A stretch of 64,000 nt of DNA from Planctomycetota bacterium (GTDB lineage: Bacteria > Planctomycetota > B15-G4). The position numbers were made by a program, and so were the translations under genes. Location of the stretch: assembly GCA_052387675.1 (NCBI GenBank), contig JBQTIY010000007.1:68691-132690 (forward strand), read 5' to 3'. The notes beneath the pieces were generated by a model. The model saw only the letters and a program-made list of their open reading frames with translations, ran no database searches and had not been told where the DNA came from. This document shows, one piece after another, positions 43,841-53,338 of the stretch (the stretch's first letter is position 1; each line of letters starts with the position of its first letter).

Positions 43841-45292
43841 TCAGGTCGCGGCCAGTTCCGCGCTCTCCGTGGGCAAGCCCGCCGCCACCCAGGCATTGGT
43901 CCCGCCGGCCACATTGTGCAGATCCTTGAAGCCCGCACGGGCCAGCAAACTGGCCGCCAGGCTGCTGCGGTAGGCGCTGGCGCAAATGACGGCCGTGGGC
44001 CGGCGCGGATCGAGTTCCGCGAGGCGCGCCTGGAGTTCGGGCAGCGGGAGATTCCACGCCCCGCGGGCATGAACGGTGGCGTACTCGCCGGGGCCGCGCA
44101 CATCCAGAAGGAAGAGTCCCTGAGCGCCGCCCGCGCTCGGAGCCGCACTGCGCTGTTCGTGCACTTGCTGGACCGGCAACTGCGGCAGCAGCGAGACCGG
44201 CAGGCCTGCCGCGAGCCAGGCCGGCCAGCCGCCGGCCAGCCAGCCCGAGACGCCGTGCAGTCCCACGCGCGCAAGCCGCATGACGGCCTCGTCTCGTCCG
44301 GCGCGGTCGGCGGCCACGAGCACGAGCGAGCCATCTAAGGGCAGCACCGAACCGGCCCATGAGGCGAAGGAACCGCCCAGCCCGATGTTCAGCGCGCCGG
44401 GCACGTGCCCCGCGCCAAAGGCCTCTTTGTCGCGCACGTCGAGCACGATCGATCCGGACGCCTGGCGTGACAAGACGTCGTGCGGCGCCAGATCGGCCGG
44501 CGCCGGCAGTTCGCTGAGCATGGGCGCGCCTTGCCGGTTGAGTTCGGCATCGTGCCCGAAGTAGCGCGGCGAGGGCGGCAGCCCAGCGGTGGCCAGCGCG
44601 ATGAAGTCCTCGCGCGACATCGGCTGCAGCATCGGGTTCAGGCGGCGCTGCGCGCCGATCGTCGACGACAGCTCCTTGGAGATGTTGCGTCCGCAGGCCG
44701 AGCCGGCGCCGTGCGCGGGCCAAACTTCCACTTCGTCGGGCAGCTTGAGGAGCTGCTCGTGCAGGCTGTCGTACATGAGGCTGGCCATCTCGCGCGCGCT
44801 GCGGCCCTTGCTCGAGACGAGATCGGGCCGCCCCACATCGCCGATGAAGAGCGTGTCGCCGGTGAGCACCTTCAGCACTCGGCCGCCGCCCGGCGCAGTG
44901 GCCATGCCCGCGGCAGGCGCACCCGAGCGGTCAATCACCAGGAAGCAAAGACTCTCCGGCGTGTGACCGGGCGTTTCCAGCACGCGCAGGGCCACCGCCC
45001 CCATCACGATCTCATCACCGGCGCGCAGGGCATGGTGCGGGTAGGCCGCGCCCGCGCGATGACTCACGTGCACCGTGGCGCCGGTGCGCCGCGCCAGCTC
45101 CACGTGTCCCGACACGAAGTCCGCGTGCAGATGCGTCTCGAGGATGTGCCGGATCTTCAGGCCTTGCCGCGCGGCCTCCTCCAAATAGACCTCGACGTCC
45201 CGCCGCGGATCGATGACGGCACACTCGCCGCCGTCGCCCACGAGATAACTCGCCTGCGCCAGACACGGCAGATAGATCTGCTGGAAGTGCAT
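43841..45292 (-). CDS. Metallo-beta-lactamase-fold hydrolase fused to two rhodanese domains (persulfide dioxygenase/sulfurtransferase-like)
   Basis: The MBL metal motif is ETHLHADFVSG. The C-terminal rhodanese has the active-site loop CASAYRS. Confidence 0.88.
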   Translation of the reverse strand: MHFQQIYLPCLAQASYLVGDGGECAVIDPRRDVEVYLEEAARQGLKIRHILETHLHADFVSGHVELARRTGATVHVSHRAGAAYPHHALRAGDEIVMGAVALRVLETPGHTPESLCFLVIDRSGAPAAGMATAPGGGRVLKVLTGDTLFIGDVGRPDLVSSKGRSAREMASLMYDSLHEQLLKLPDEVEVWPAHGAGSACGRNISKELSSTIGAQRRLNPMLQPMSREDFIALATAGLPPSPRYFGHDAELNRQGAPMLSELPAPADLAPHDVLSRQASGSIVLDVRDKEAFGAGHVPGALNIGLGGSFASWAGSVLPLDGSLVLVAADRAGRDEAVMRLARVGLHGVSGWLAGGWPAWLAAGLPVSLLPQLPVQQVHEQRSAAPSAGGAQGLFLLDVRGPGEYATVHARGAWNLPLPELQARLAELDPRRPTAVICASAYRSSLAASLLARAGFKDLHNVAGGTNAWVAAGLPTESAELAAT

Positions 45293-45354
45293 ATCTGGCC
45301 ACGATACCCGGTGCAGCTTGATCCAGGGCGAGCTTGCTAGGATGCCGCGATCCG

Positions 45355-47703
45355 ATGAGCGCGCCCGGCCCCTTCAGCATCGTGAGCATCGGCGGCGGCC
45401 CGGCCGGACTCTATTTCGCGATCCTGATGAAGCAGGCCTTTCCGCAGGCCCGCATCACGGTTCACGAACGCAACCAGCCCGATGACACCTTCGGCTGGGG
45501 CGTGGTCTTCAGCGACGAGACCCTCGGTCACTTCGAAGAGGCCGACCCCCAGAGCTACCAGTCCATCTGCCAGGACTTCGCGCGCTGGACGGACATCGAA
45601 ACCTGGCACGCCGGGCAGTGGGTGCGCTCCACCGGCCACGGCTTCTGCGGCCTGTCGCGCCGCCGCCTGCTGCAGATCTTCCATGCGCGCTGCCGCGAGC
45701 TGGGCGTGGACCTGCGCTTCGGCAGCGAAGTCACGCGCCTGCAGGACGCCGGCCCGGCCGACCTCGTGCTCGCCGCCGACGGCCTGCAAAGCGCAATCCG
45801 CAAGGAGTTCGAACCGCACTTCCGCCCGCGCATCGACTGGCGTCACTGCCGCTTCTCTTGGCTCGGCACGACGCTGCCGCTGCGCGCCTTCACCTTCATC
45901 TTCCTCGAGAGCGAGTTCGGCCTCTTCCAGGTGCACGCCTATCCCTTCGAGCGGCGGCCGGACGGCACGGGCCTCTCCACGTTCATCGTGGAATGCCAGG
46001 ACGAGGTCTGGCAGCGCGCCGGCCTCGACCGCGCCGACGAAGCGCAGACCGTGGCCTTCTGCGAGCGCCTCTTCGCCGAGCATCTGCGCGGGCACCGCCT
46101 GCTGCCGAACAAATCGATTTGGCGGCAGTTCCCCACGATTCGCTGCGAGAGCTGGCACTATCGCAATGTCGTGCTGGTGGGTGACGCCGCGCACACGGCG
46201 CACTTCTCGATCGGCTCAGGAACTAAGCTGGCCATGGAAGACGCCATCGCGCTGGCGCGCGTTTTCCGCGAGCGCGCCGCGTCCGGACACGACCCGCAAA
46301 GCGACGTGCCCGGCACGCTGGCTGCCTACGAAGCGGCGCGCAAGCTCGACACGCTCAAGACTCAGCGCGCCGCGCAGACCAGCCTGGAGTGGTTCGAGAA
46401 CTCCGCGCGCTACCTCAAGCAGCCGCCGCTGCAGTTCACCTTCAACCTCATGACGCGCAGCAAGCGCATCACCTGGGAGAACTTGCGCCAGCGCGACCCG
46501 GCGCTGGTGGCCCAAGTGGATGCGTGGTTCGCTGCGGACGCGGCGAAGATGCACGGCACGCCCGCGCCCGCGAGCGCCGCTCCCCCGCCGCCGATGTTTG
46601 CGCCCTTCCGGCTGGCCGGCCTCACGCTGCCCAACCGCGTCGTCGTCTCGCCCATGTGCCAGTACTCGGCCGTGGACGGCGTGCCCGGCGATTGGCACAT
46701 GGTGCATCTCGGCAGCCGCGCGGTGGGCGGCGCCGGCCTCGTCATCAGCGAGATGACCAACGTCACACCCGACGGCCGCATCACCCTGGGCTGCACCGGC
46801 CTCTGGAATGACGCGCAAGAAGCGGCCTGGGCGCGCATCGTGCGCTTCGTGAAGGAGCACAGCGCGGCGCGCATCGGCATTCAGCTCGCGCACGCCGGGC
46901 GCAAGGGCTGCACCGAGCTGCCTTGGATCGCGGCCGACGGCAAGGCCGCGCGCCCCGGCCACCCCGGCGGCCTGCCCCTGCGCGATGGCCGCGCCTGGAG
47001 CACACTCGGTCCGTCTGCACGGCCCTTCGCGCCGGGCGGCCCGCCGCCGCGCGCCATGACGCGCGCCGACATGGACGCCGTGCGCGAGGCCTTCGTCGCC
47101 GCGGCGCGCCGCGCTGATCGCGCCGGCTTCGAACTGCTCGAACTGCACATGGCGCACGGCTACCTGCTCAGCAGCTTCCTCACACCGCTGGCCAATCGCC
47201 GCGACGACGAGTACGGCGGCAGCTTCGAGCGGCGCATGCGCTACCCGCTCGAAGTCTTCAGCGCCGTGCGCGCCATCTGGCCACGCGACAAGGCCCTCGC
47301 GGTGCGCGTCTCGGCCACGGACTGGCTCGGCGAGGAGGGCCAGACGATCGAGGACACCGTCGTGCTAGCTCGCGCGCTCCGCGAGCGCGGCCTCGACTTG
47401 CTCGACGTGAGCAGTGGCGGCAACGCCCCGGAGAGCCAGCCTGACTACGGGCGCATGTTCCAGGTGCCCTTCGCCGACCGCATCCGTCACGAGGTGGGTG
47501 TGCCGGTCATGAGCGTCGGCGCGATCCAGGGCGCCGACCACGTGAACACCGTCGTCGCCGCCGGCCGCGCCGATCTCTGCGCCTTGGCACGGCCGCACCT
47601 CACCGATCCCTACATCACGCTGCACGCGGCCGCAGCCTACGGGCACGATCTGGCGACTTGGCCCGCGCAGTACCTCGCCGTGAAGCCGCCGCCGAAGACG
47701 TAG
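45355..47703 (+). CDS. Bifunctional FAD-dependent monooxygenase / Old-Yellow-Enzyme-type NADH:flavin oxidoreductase (salicylyl-CoA 5-hydroxylase-like)
   Basis: The N-terminal FAD fold is IGGGPAGLYFA...GDAAHTAHFSIGSGTKLAMEDA. The C-terminal OYE-like TIM barrel is SPMCQYSA...HLGSRAVGGAGLV...LHMAHGYLLSSFLTP. The start is ATG 45355. Confidence 0.85.
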   Translation: MSAPGPFSIVSIGGGPAGLYFAILMKQAFPQARITVHERNQPDDTFGWGVVFSDETLGHFEEADPQSYQSICQDFARWTDIETWHAGQWVRSTGHGFCGLSRRRLLQIFHARCRELGVDLRFGSEVTRLQDAGPADLVLAADGLQSAIRKEFEPHFRPRIDWRHCRFSWLGTTLPLRAFTFIFLESEFGLFQVHAYPFERRPDGTGLSTFIVECQDEVWQRAGLDRADEAQTVAFCERLFAEHLRGHRLLPNKSIWRQFPTIRCESWHYRNVVLVGDAAHTAHFSIGSGTKLAMEDAIALARVFRERAASGHDPQSDVPGTLAAYEAARKLDTLKTQRAAQTSLEWFENSARYLKQPPLQFTFNLMTRSKRITWENLRQRDPALVAQVDAWFAADAAKMHGTPAPASAAPPPPMFAPFRLAGLTLPNRVVVSPMCQYSAVDGVPGDWHMVHLGSRAVGGAGLVISEMTNVTPDGRITLGCTGLWNDAQEAAWARIVRFVKEHSAARIGIQLAHAGRKGCTELPWIAADGKAARPGHPGGLPLRDGRAWSTLGPSARPFAPGGPPPRAMTRADMDAVREAFVAAARRADRAGFELLELHMAHGYLLSSFLTPLANRRDDEYGGSFERRMRYPLEVFSAVRAIWPRDKALAVRVSATDWLGEEGQTIEDTVVLARALRERGLDLLDVSSGGNAPESQPDYGRMFQVPFADRIRHEVGVPVMSVGAIQGADHVNTVVAAGRADLCALARPHLTDPYITLHAAAAYGHDLATWPAQYLAVKPPPKT

Positions 47704-47704
47704 T

Positions 47705-47857
47705 GCGCAGAGTGCGCCCGCGGCGGGGGCTCGGCGGTGCCGCTCAAACACCTCGCCGACTCGGCCGATGCGGCCGAGAGGTCGGCTCGGAACTCGCGGC
47801 ACACCGACACCCCGCCGCGTCGCACACCGCTGCACTGGTGGGCTGCCGATTGTCCGC
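47705..47857 (+). repeat. Structured intergenic repeat, copy R4
   Basis: It begins 1 nt after the TAG stop of the flavoprotein gene, in the same orientation as the other copies. Confidence 0.9.
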
Positions 47858-47909
47858 GTAGCGATCCCCAGGTCGCCACAGGGCGGAGCCAGGAGTAACC
47901 GTCGGGCGC

Positions 47910-48020
47910 TCAGGGCGTCGTGATGCGCAGCGCGTCGGTGGCGACGAGGCCGTGCGGCGCTCCGAAGTCGAGCGCCCAAGCCTGCACGAAGAGATTCTGC
48001 ATGCCCGGTTGCCCCGCGGG
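47910..48020 (-). pseudogene. Decayed remnant of the shared C-terminal module
   Basis: The minus-strand translation is ...QPAGQPGMQNLFVQAWALDFGAPHGLVATDALRITTP*. This aligns with the last ~35 aa of the gene at 49830 (PPGQPGQQHVLAQAWILDASAPHGLSATDALRATTP*). No upstream ORF of meaningful length or start is visible. Confidence 0.55.
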
Positions 48021-48121
48021 CTGAGCTTTACAGCATCGGCGTCCCTCTAAGCGACCGAACCGGGTGGCTCGCCGAGGCCTTTGCTCTTAGGATTGGGGTT
48101 CGTCCCTGTGGAACGGCACAC

Positions 48122-49792
48122 ATGAGATTTCAACTCGTCGAACGATCACTCCTCACATTTGCATTCGCCTTGGCTGCAGGATTAGTAATCGACACCCGTG
48201 TTGCGGCTCAGAACGTGCTGCTGTCGTGGAATGGCGAAGTCAGTCAACACGACCTTCTCGGGGCTTCGGTCGCGAACGCCGGAGACATCGACGGAGACGG
48301 GCGCAACGACGTGCTCGTGGGCCGTCCGAGCTTCGGGCCGTCATACAACGGCGCCGTCTTTCTCTACTCGGGCCTGGACGGCTCGGAGATCTTGAACTGG
48401 GTGTCCCCAGTTACTCAGGAGCGGATGGGCTTTGCCGTAAGTGGCATCCACGATGTCGACGGCGATGACGTCCGAGACGTCCTCATCGGGGTCATACAAG
48501 TTCCGGTCTTCGGCGGCGTTGACGGTCCGGGCTATGTCAGCCTCTTCTCCGGCGCGACCGGCAGCCTGATCCGACGCTTCGATGGAGCTGCGACGCTCGA
48601 CTTCTACGGCTGCTCGATCGCGGTCGTCGGCGACCTTGACGCCGACGGAATCAACGAGTTCGCGATCGGTGCACGCAAGCACGACACGAACGCGACGGAC
48701 GCCGGCATGCTCGAAATCCGTTCTGGGGTAACCCTCGAGGTCCTGTACACGTTCTACGGATCCGCGGTGGAAGATCATCTCGGTCATGCGGTTGCCGACG
48801 CAGGGGATGTAGATGCCGACGGCACGTCGGACATCATCGTCGGCATGCCGAGCGAGTACGGCTGGCCACACGGCGGGCGCGCGCGTGTGTACTCCGGCGC
48901 GACGGGGGGCTTGCTGCACGAGTTCGCAGGCGGCCAGTACGATGCCTTCCTCGGCCATGCCGTCGACAGCGCCGGAGATCTTGACGGGGACGGCCACGCC
49001 GACGTCCTCGTCGGAATGCCCGGCAAGAACAGGGCCTTCGTGTACTCGGGTGCAACCGGTGCGGTGCTGCTGCAGCTTGCCGGCAAGACTTCCTCGGAGT
49101 TCGGCGCGGCCGTCGCAGGCCTGGACGACGTGAATGGCGATGACATCCGAGATCTCTTGATCAGTGCCCCCGGTGACGACACTCCCTCCTCAGTCAATGG
49201 CGACAACACGGGCAGCGTTTTCGTCGTCTCGGGCGCCAACGGCGCCGTGCTCATGAAGCTGTTCGGCAAGCCTCATGACCGCCGCTTCGGGGCCGCCTTG
49301 GACGCGAGCGGCGACTTCGATGACGACGGCGTGAATGACGTCGTCATCGGCGCTCCAGAGTCCAATGTTCCCCCGCTCGTTGGCGGTCCCTTCGGACGCG
49401 CCTACGTCGTCTCCCGTTTTCCGTGGAGCGGCCTAGCTGGCGGCGTCGCGACCGCCAGCGGCGCCCTTCCCGCGCTGGGTGCGACCGGTGACTTAAGCGG
49501 CGGCGAACTCCTCGAGCTTCGCGTCGACGGCACAAAGCCATCGGCCGCCCTGACTCTCGTCGTCGGCCTCGGTCTGCTCGGCGCCCCCTTCAAGGGCGGC
49601 ATCATGGTTCCGGACCCCGCCCTCATGCTGACGGGCCTCGCCGCAAGCACCGATGGTTCGCTCGTACTTTCGACAGCTTGGCCCAATGCAGTTCCGTCGG
49701 GCGTGTTCCTTTGCTTCCAGGCCTGGATCGTTGACGCAAGCGGCCCATTCGGATTCATCGCAACGCCGGCGCTGTCAGCTCTCACGCCCTAG
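48122..49792 (+). CDS. FG-GAP (integrin-alpha-like) repeat protein with shared C-terminal module
   Basis: It has a signal peptide (LLTFAFALAAGLVIDTRVAAQ). There are at least 7 FG-GAP-like blades (GASVANAGDIDGDGRNDVLVG, GHAVADAGDVDADGTSDIIVG, GAAVAGLDDVNGDDIRDLLIS, and others). The C-terminal module reads ...PFKGGIMVPDP...WPNAVPSGVFLCFQAWIVDASGPFG.... Confidence 0.85.
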   Translation: MRFQLVERSLLTFAFALAAGLVIDTRVAAQNVLLSWNGEVSQHDLLGASVANAGDIDGDGRNDVLVGRPSFGPSYNGAVFLYSGLDGSEILNWVSPVTQERMGFAVSGIHDVDGDDVRDVLIGVIQVPVFGGVDGPGYVSLFSGATGSLIRRFDGAATLDFYGCSIAVVGDLDADGINEFAIGARKHDTNATDAGMLEIRSGVTLEVLYTFYGSAVEDHLGHAVADAGDVDADGTSDIIVGMPSEYGWPHGGRARVYSGATGGLLHEFAGGQYDAFLGHAVDSAGDLDGDGHADVLVGMPGKNRAFVYSGATGAVLLQLAGKTSSEFGAAVAGLDDVNGDDIRDLLISAPGDDTPSSVNGDNTGSVFVVSGANGAVLMKLFGKPHDRRFGAALDASGDFDDDGVNDVVIGAPESNVPPLVGGPFGRAYVVSRFPWSGLAGGVATASGALPALGATGDLSGGELLELRVDGTKPSAALTLVVGLGLLGAPFKGGIMVPDPALMLTGLAASTDGSLVLSTAWPNAVPSGVFLCFQAWIVDASGPFGFIATPALSALTP

Positions 49793-49829
49793 GCCGGCAT
49801 CGACTTCGCGGCCCTGAGCGTCGCCGCGC

Positions 49830-51428
49830 TCAGGGCGTCGTGGCGCGCAGTGCGTCGGTGGCCGAGAGGCCGTGGGGCGCGCTCGCATCGAGGATCCAGG
49901 CCTGCGCGAGGACGTGCTGCTGGCCGGGCTGGCCCGGCGGCCACGTGCCGCTCACGACGGCCGCGCCGCTGCTGCCAGCGAAGCTGCCGAGCATGACCTC
50001 GGGCCAGGGCACGAAGACCCCGCCCTTGAAGGGCAGATTGATCGCCGACGTGCCGAGACAGAAGAGCATGGGCGCGCCGGCCGGAAGCTGGCTGGCCGTG
50101 AGCGTGATCTGCGTGCCACCGCAGAGCGTGCCCTGCGCGGTGAGCAGCGGTTCGCCGAGCGCGCCAGCGATTCCGCCACCGAGCGTCTCCCAGGGCTGCA
50201 AACCTCCCGCGACGAAGGTCACGCCGGGCAGGCCGAAGGCAGTCACGGCGCCGAAAGCGAGCACGTCGCCGTCGAGCGCGGCGGAGACACCGAGCCCCGA
50301 ATGCGCGGGGCCCGGCAGCGCCGCGAACTTGCCCACTTGTGGCCACGCGCCGACGAGGGAGCGTCGGAAGTGGTAGACAGCGCCCTTGCTGTTCTCGGCA
50401 CCGGTGGCTCCGGCGACGGCCACATCACCGTCAAGCGCGACGCTGGCGCCGAAGCGGTGGAAGAAGAAGGCGTCGCTGGCTTGGAGCACGGCTTCCACCG
50501 GCCAGTTCGCAGAGCCCGGTGTCGCGGGCGGCGACGGAGCGGCCTCGCGGCGATGCAGCCACGCGCCGCCGGACTTGATGGCCGTGAGTGAAGACTCGGG
50601 CGCGCCCACGAGCAGGCGCTCGCCGTGCAGCGCCACGGCGGCGCCGTAGCTGCCGGCTTCGGGCGGTGCGAGACGCGCTTCGAAGCTCCAGGTGTCGCCG
50701 ACACGCTGGAAAACGTAGGCCGCACTTTGGCCCGGCGCGCCCACGGCCAAGGTGTCGCCCACCAGCGCCAGCGCCGCGCCGAAACTCGCGCCGGCGCTGG
50801 CCGGCTCGGGCAGGAGCGTGGCCTGCCACAAGAAGTCGTCGCCGACGCGCTCATAGAGATGCACGGCACCGGCATTGCTCGCCGCCAAGTCTGAGCCGGG
50901 TTCGCCGATCGCGGCCGTGTCGCCGTCCAACGTGAGCGCGTTGCCGAAGCCGGCGTGCGCTGAAGGCACCGGCGAGACGAGCCGTTGCTCGAGCAAGTAG
51001 GGAGTCTCGGCTGTGCTGTCCGAATCGACGAAGAGATAGGCCGCGCCGCAGGATGCGCCCGCAGCGCCGCCCTCGGTGGGCGCGCCGGCCAAGACGAGGT
51101 CGTCGCTCAGCGCGACCGCCGCGCCGAAATGCACCGCGCCCGGCACTCCGCCCCAGGGCCCGAGCTGCTGCACGACATCCCAGCCGAAGGGCGCGCGGCG
51201 CAGCACGAAGGCGCCGCCCGTGCCGAAGAGTCCCCAGTCGCCCACGACCATCCTGTCGCCGTCCACATCGATGGCCGAGCCGAAGGGCAGGCTGTCGCCG
51301 TTCACCAGCGCGGTGGTGAGGCACTGCGCGGCGACAGGGCCGGCCAGCCCCGTCACGCAGAGCACGATCAGGGCGGCAGACAGCCACTCACGCCGACAGA
51401 GGCACACAACTCCGGACACCCACACCAT
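49830..51428 (-). CDS. FG-GAP-like repeat protein with shared C-terminal module
   Basis: It has a signal/anchor N-terminus. FGxxVAxxGDxxxxGAP blades recur (FGAAVALSDDLVLAGAP, FGNALTLDGDTAAIGEP, FGAALALVGDTLAVGAP, YGAAVALHGERLLVGAP, FGASVALDGDVAVAGA). The C-terminal module is as above. It is convergent with the previous gene across a 37-nt gap. Confidence 0.8.
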   Translation of the reverse strand: MVWVSGVVCLCRREWLSAALIVLCVTGLAGPVAAQCLTTALVNGDSLPFGSAIDVDGDRMVVGDWGLFGTGGAFVLRRAPFGWDVVQQLGPWGGVPGAVHFGAAVALSDDLVLAGAPTEGGAAGASCGAAYLFVDSDSTAETPYLLEQRLVSPVPSAHAGFGNALTLDGDTAAIGEPGSDLAASNAGAVHLYERVGDDFLWQATLLPEPASAGASFGAALALVGDTLAVGAPGQSAAYVFQRVGDTWSFEARLAPPEAGSYGAAVALHGERLLVGAPESSLTAIKSGGAWLHRREAAPSPPATPGSANWPVEAVLQASDAFFFHRFGASVALDGDVAVAGATGAENSKGAVYHFRRSLVGAWPQVGKFAALPGPAHSGLGVSAALDGDVLAFGAVTAFGLPGVTFVAGGLQPWETLGGGIAGALGEPLLTAQGTLCGGTQITLTASQLPAGAPMLFCLGTSAINLPFKGGVFVPWPEVMLGSFAGSSGAAVVSGTWPPGQPGQQHVLAQAWILDASAPHGLSATDALRATTP

Positions 51429-51515
51429 CAGGGCCCTCGCGACAGTCGGCCCGCCATCCTAACGCGACGTCTCCCGGCGACCGAGCGTCTCCGGAATTTC
51501 CGAGCACAGACGCGC

Positions 51516-52061
51516 TCAGGCGGGCAGTTTGTCGCGCACGTCCTTGAGGCGCGGCGCGGCGGCGTCCTTGGCAGAGAGGATCGGCTCGCGGACTGGCCAC
51601 TCGATGCCGATGTCGGGGTCGTTCCAGAGCACGCCGATCTCGCCGCCCGGGTCGTAGTAGTCGGTGCACTTGTATTCCACTTCGGCGGTCTCGCTGAGCA
51701 CGCAGAAGCCGTGGATGAAGCCGGCGGGCACCCAAAGCTGGCGGCAGTTCTCGGAGGAGAGGTGCTCACCCACCCAGCGGCCGAAGGTCGGCGAACTTTT
51801 GCGCACGTCCACGGCCACGTCGAAGATCTCGCCCTGCAGCACGCGCACGAGCTTGCCCTGCGGCCGGCGCCACTGAGCGTGCAGGCCGCGCAGGGTGCCG
51901 CGCACCGAGCGGCTGTGATTGTCCTGCACGAAGTCGCCGGTCACGCCGCCCTCCTTCCAGCGGTCGGCCCGCCAGCTCTCGAAGAAGAAGCCGCGCTCGT
52001 CGCGAAAGACCTTGGGTTCGACGACGATCACGCCGGCGAGCTGGGTGGGGCGGAAGTTCAT
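51516..52061 (-). CDS. rfbC: dTDP-4-dehydrorhamnose 3,5-epimerase
   Basis: RmlC signatures are present: FRDERGFFFESW, RGLHAQ, KLVRVLQGEIFDVAVDVR, LWVPAGFIHGF and YKCTDYYDP. The start is ATG 52061. Confidence 0.92.
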   Translation of the reverse strand: MNFRPTQLAGVIVVEPKVFRDERGFFFESWRADRWKEGGVTGDFVQDNHSRSVRGTLRGLHAQWRRPQGKLVRVLQGEIFDVAVDVRKSSPTFGRWVGEHLSSENCRQLWVPAGFIHGFCVLSETAEVEYKCTDYYDPGGEIGVLWNDPDIGIEWPVREPILSAKDAAAPRLKDVRDKLPA

Positions 52062-52089
52062 GGGGCGGCATCCTACAATCCGCGCCTGT

Positions 52090-52560
52090 ATGGTCCACGC
52101 CCACAGCAGCCGCTTCACTGCCCGCTCCTACGAGATGGACAGTTACCGCCACCTCAACAATGGCGTCTACCTGGGCTGGTTCGAGCAGGGCCGGCTGGAC
52201 TACCTGCTGTCGCTGGGCTTCAGCTACGACGGCTTCGCCGACCGGAAAGAGTGGTTCGTCGTGGCGCGGACGGAAGTGGATTTCCGCGCGCCGCTGCACT
52301 TGGGCGACGAGCTCGTGCTGGAGACGCGCGTCGTGGCCTTGGGCAAAAGCAGCGTGCGCTTCCGCCAACGGCTGCTGCGCGATGGCTGCGGCCTGGCCAC
52401 CGAGCGCTCGGCCCTCGCGGCCGAGGCGCTCACCGTGATGGTCTTCTCCGGCCCCGACGGCCGCTCGGTGCCGGTGCCCGCCGACTTCCGCGCGGCAGTC
52501 GGCGAACTCGGTGACGTCGGCGAGGCCGAAGCGGCGCGCAAGCCGAGCGAGACGGGCTGA
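52090..52560 (+). CDS. Acyl-CoA thioesterase, 4HBT/YbgC-like hot-dog fold
   Basis: SYEMDSYRHLNNGVYLGWFEQGRLDYL...FVVARTEVDFRAPLHLGDELVLETRV is typical of this family. Confidence 0.82.
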   Translation: MVHAHSSRFTARSYEMDSYRHLNNGVYLGWFEQGRLDYLLSLGFSYDGFADRKEWFVVARTEVDFRAPLHLGDELVLETRVVALGKSSVRFRQRLLRDGCGLATERSALAAEALTVMVFSGPDGRSVPVPADFRAAVGELGDVGEAEAARKPSETG

Positions 52561-52596
52561 GTCAGCGCGTCTGCACCGGTCAGTTCGCCGTCGTCA

Positions 52597-52803
52597 TCAG
52601 TTCGCGGTGCGCCGCGAGCTGCCGTCCTTCCAGAGGAACCAGAGGCCGACCACTCCGGCCACGATGCCCAGCACCAGGATTGGACGGCCATCGCCGGGCG
52701 GCGGCTTGGGGCCGTCGGTGCCCCACCACTTGATGCCCAGCACGGAGGCCACGATGAGAATGACCATGAACGAGGACATGAGCAGACGAACGGCGTTCTT
52801 CAT
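52597..52803 (-). CDS. Small two-TM membrane protein (hypothetical)
   Basis: The 68-aa protein has two hydrophobic helices. It is the last ORF of the tightly packed minus-strand cluster 52597-55772. Confidence 0.4.
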   Translation of the reverse strand: MKNAVRLLMSSFMVILIVASVLGIKWWGTDGPKPPPGDGRPILVLGIVAGVVGLWFLWKDGSSRRTAN

Positions 52804-52821
52804 GGGAGTGTCCGAAGGGTT

Positions 52822-53337
52822 CTAACGTGCGGGAGGAGCAGCCTGCGCGGGCGAGCACGTCGCCGCCCGGCGCAGCCGACGGCGCTTGATCGCCGCGGCA
52901 AGAAAGAGCAGCCCGAGGGCTACGAAGGGAAAGAGATAGATCGCAAAGTCGATGCGGCCGAGGCCGGGCGGCGTCACTTCGACGTCCACGCGCGCCTCGT
53001 GCACGGACGCCTCGTCGCGCAGGACAAGGCGCGTCGTCCACCAGCCGCCTTCCGGAAACTCAACTTCGCCGACGTAGCGCAGCGTCGTCGCGTCGGGACG
53101 CGCATCGAGATCGACCCGCATCGGCCAGCAGGTTTCCGGCAGATGGCCGGCCACCGGCACGACGCAGATCTGCAGCTCCGAAGGCGGCGCAGGCGCCGTC
53201 TTGCCGTCCGGCGCCGTGAGCAGCACGAGAAAGGTCCCGGTGCCGATGTCCGGGTCGGTCCACACTTCCAAAATGCGCTCGCCCACGGGCTGATCGACGA
53301 TGACGGGATAGGGCGGGCCGTCGTGCAGCGCTTTCAC
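52822..53337 (-). CDS. FixH/YtkA-like beta-sandwich protein with C-terminal TM anchor (hypothetical)
   Basis: It starts 1 nt after the polyferredoxin gene stop. A soluble domain is followed by the TM helix FAIYLFPFVALGLLFLAAAI. The FixH-like call rests on context and architecture only. Confidence 0.45.
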   Translation of the reverse strand: MKALHDGPPYPVIVDQPVGERILEVWTDPDIGTGTFLVLLTAPDGKTAPAPPSELQICVVPVAGHLPETCWPMRVDLDARPDATTLRYVGEVEFPEGGWWTTRLVLRDEASVHEARVDVEVTPPGLGRIDFAIYLFPFVALGLLFLAAAIKRRRLRRAATCSPAQAAPPAR

Positions 53338-53338
53338 T

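Noticed and set aside
48085-48115. The segment ggattggggttcgtccctgtgg looks a little like a tRNA T-arm (GGTTCG...).
   Set aside because: No acceptor stem, anticodon arm or D-arm can be built from the flanking sequence. It lies in the promoter/leader region of the FG-GAP gene. I found no convincing tRNA in the window.
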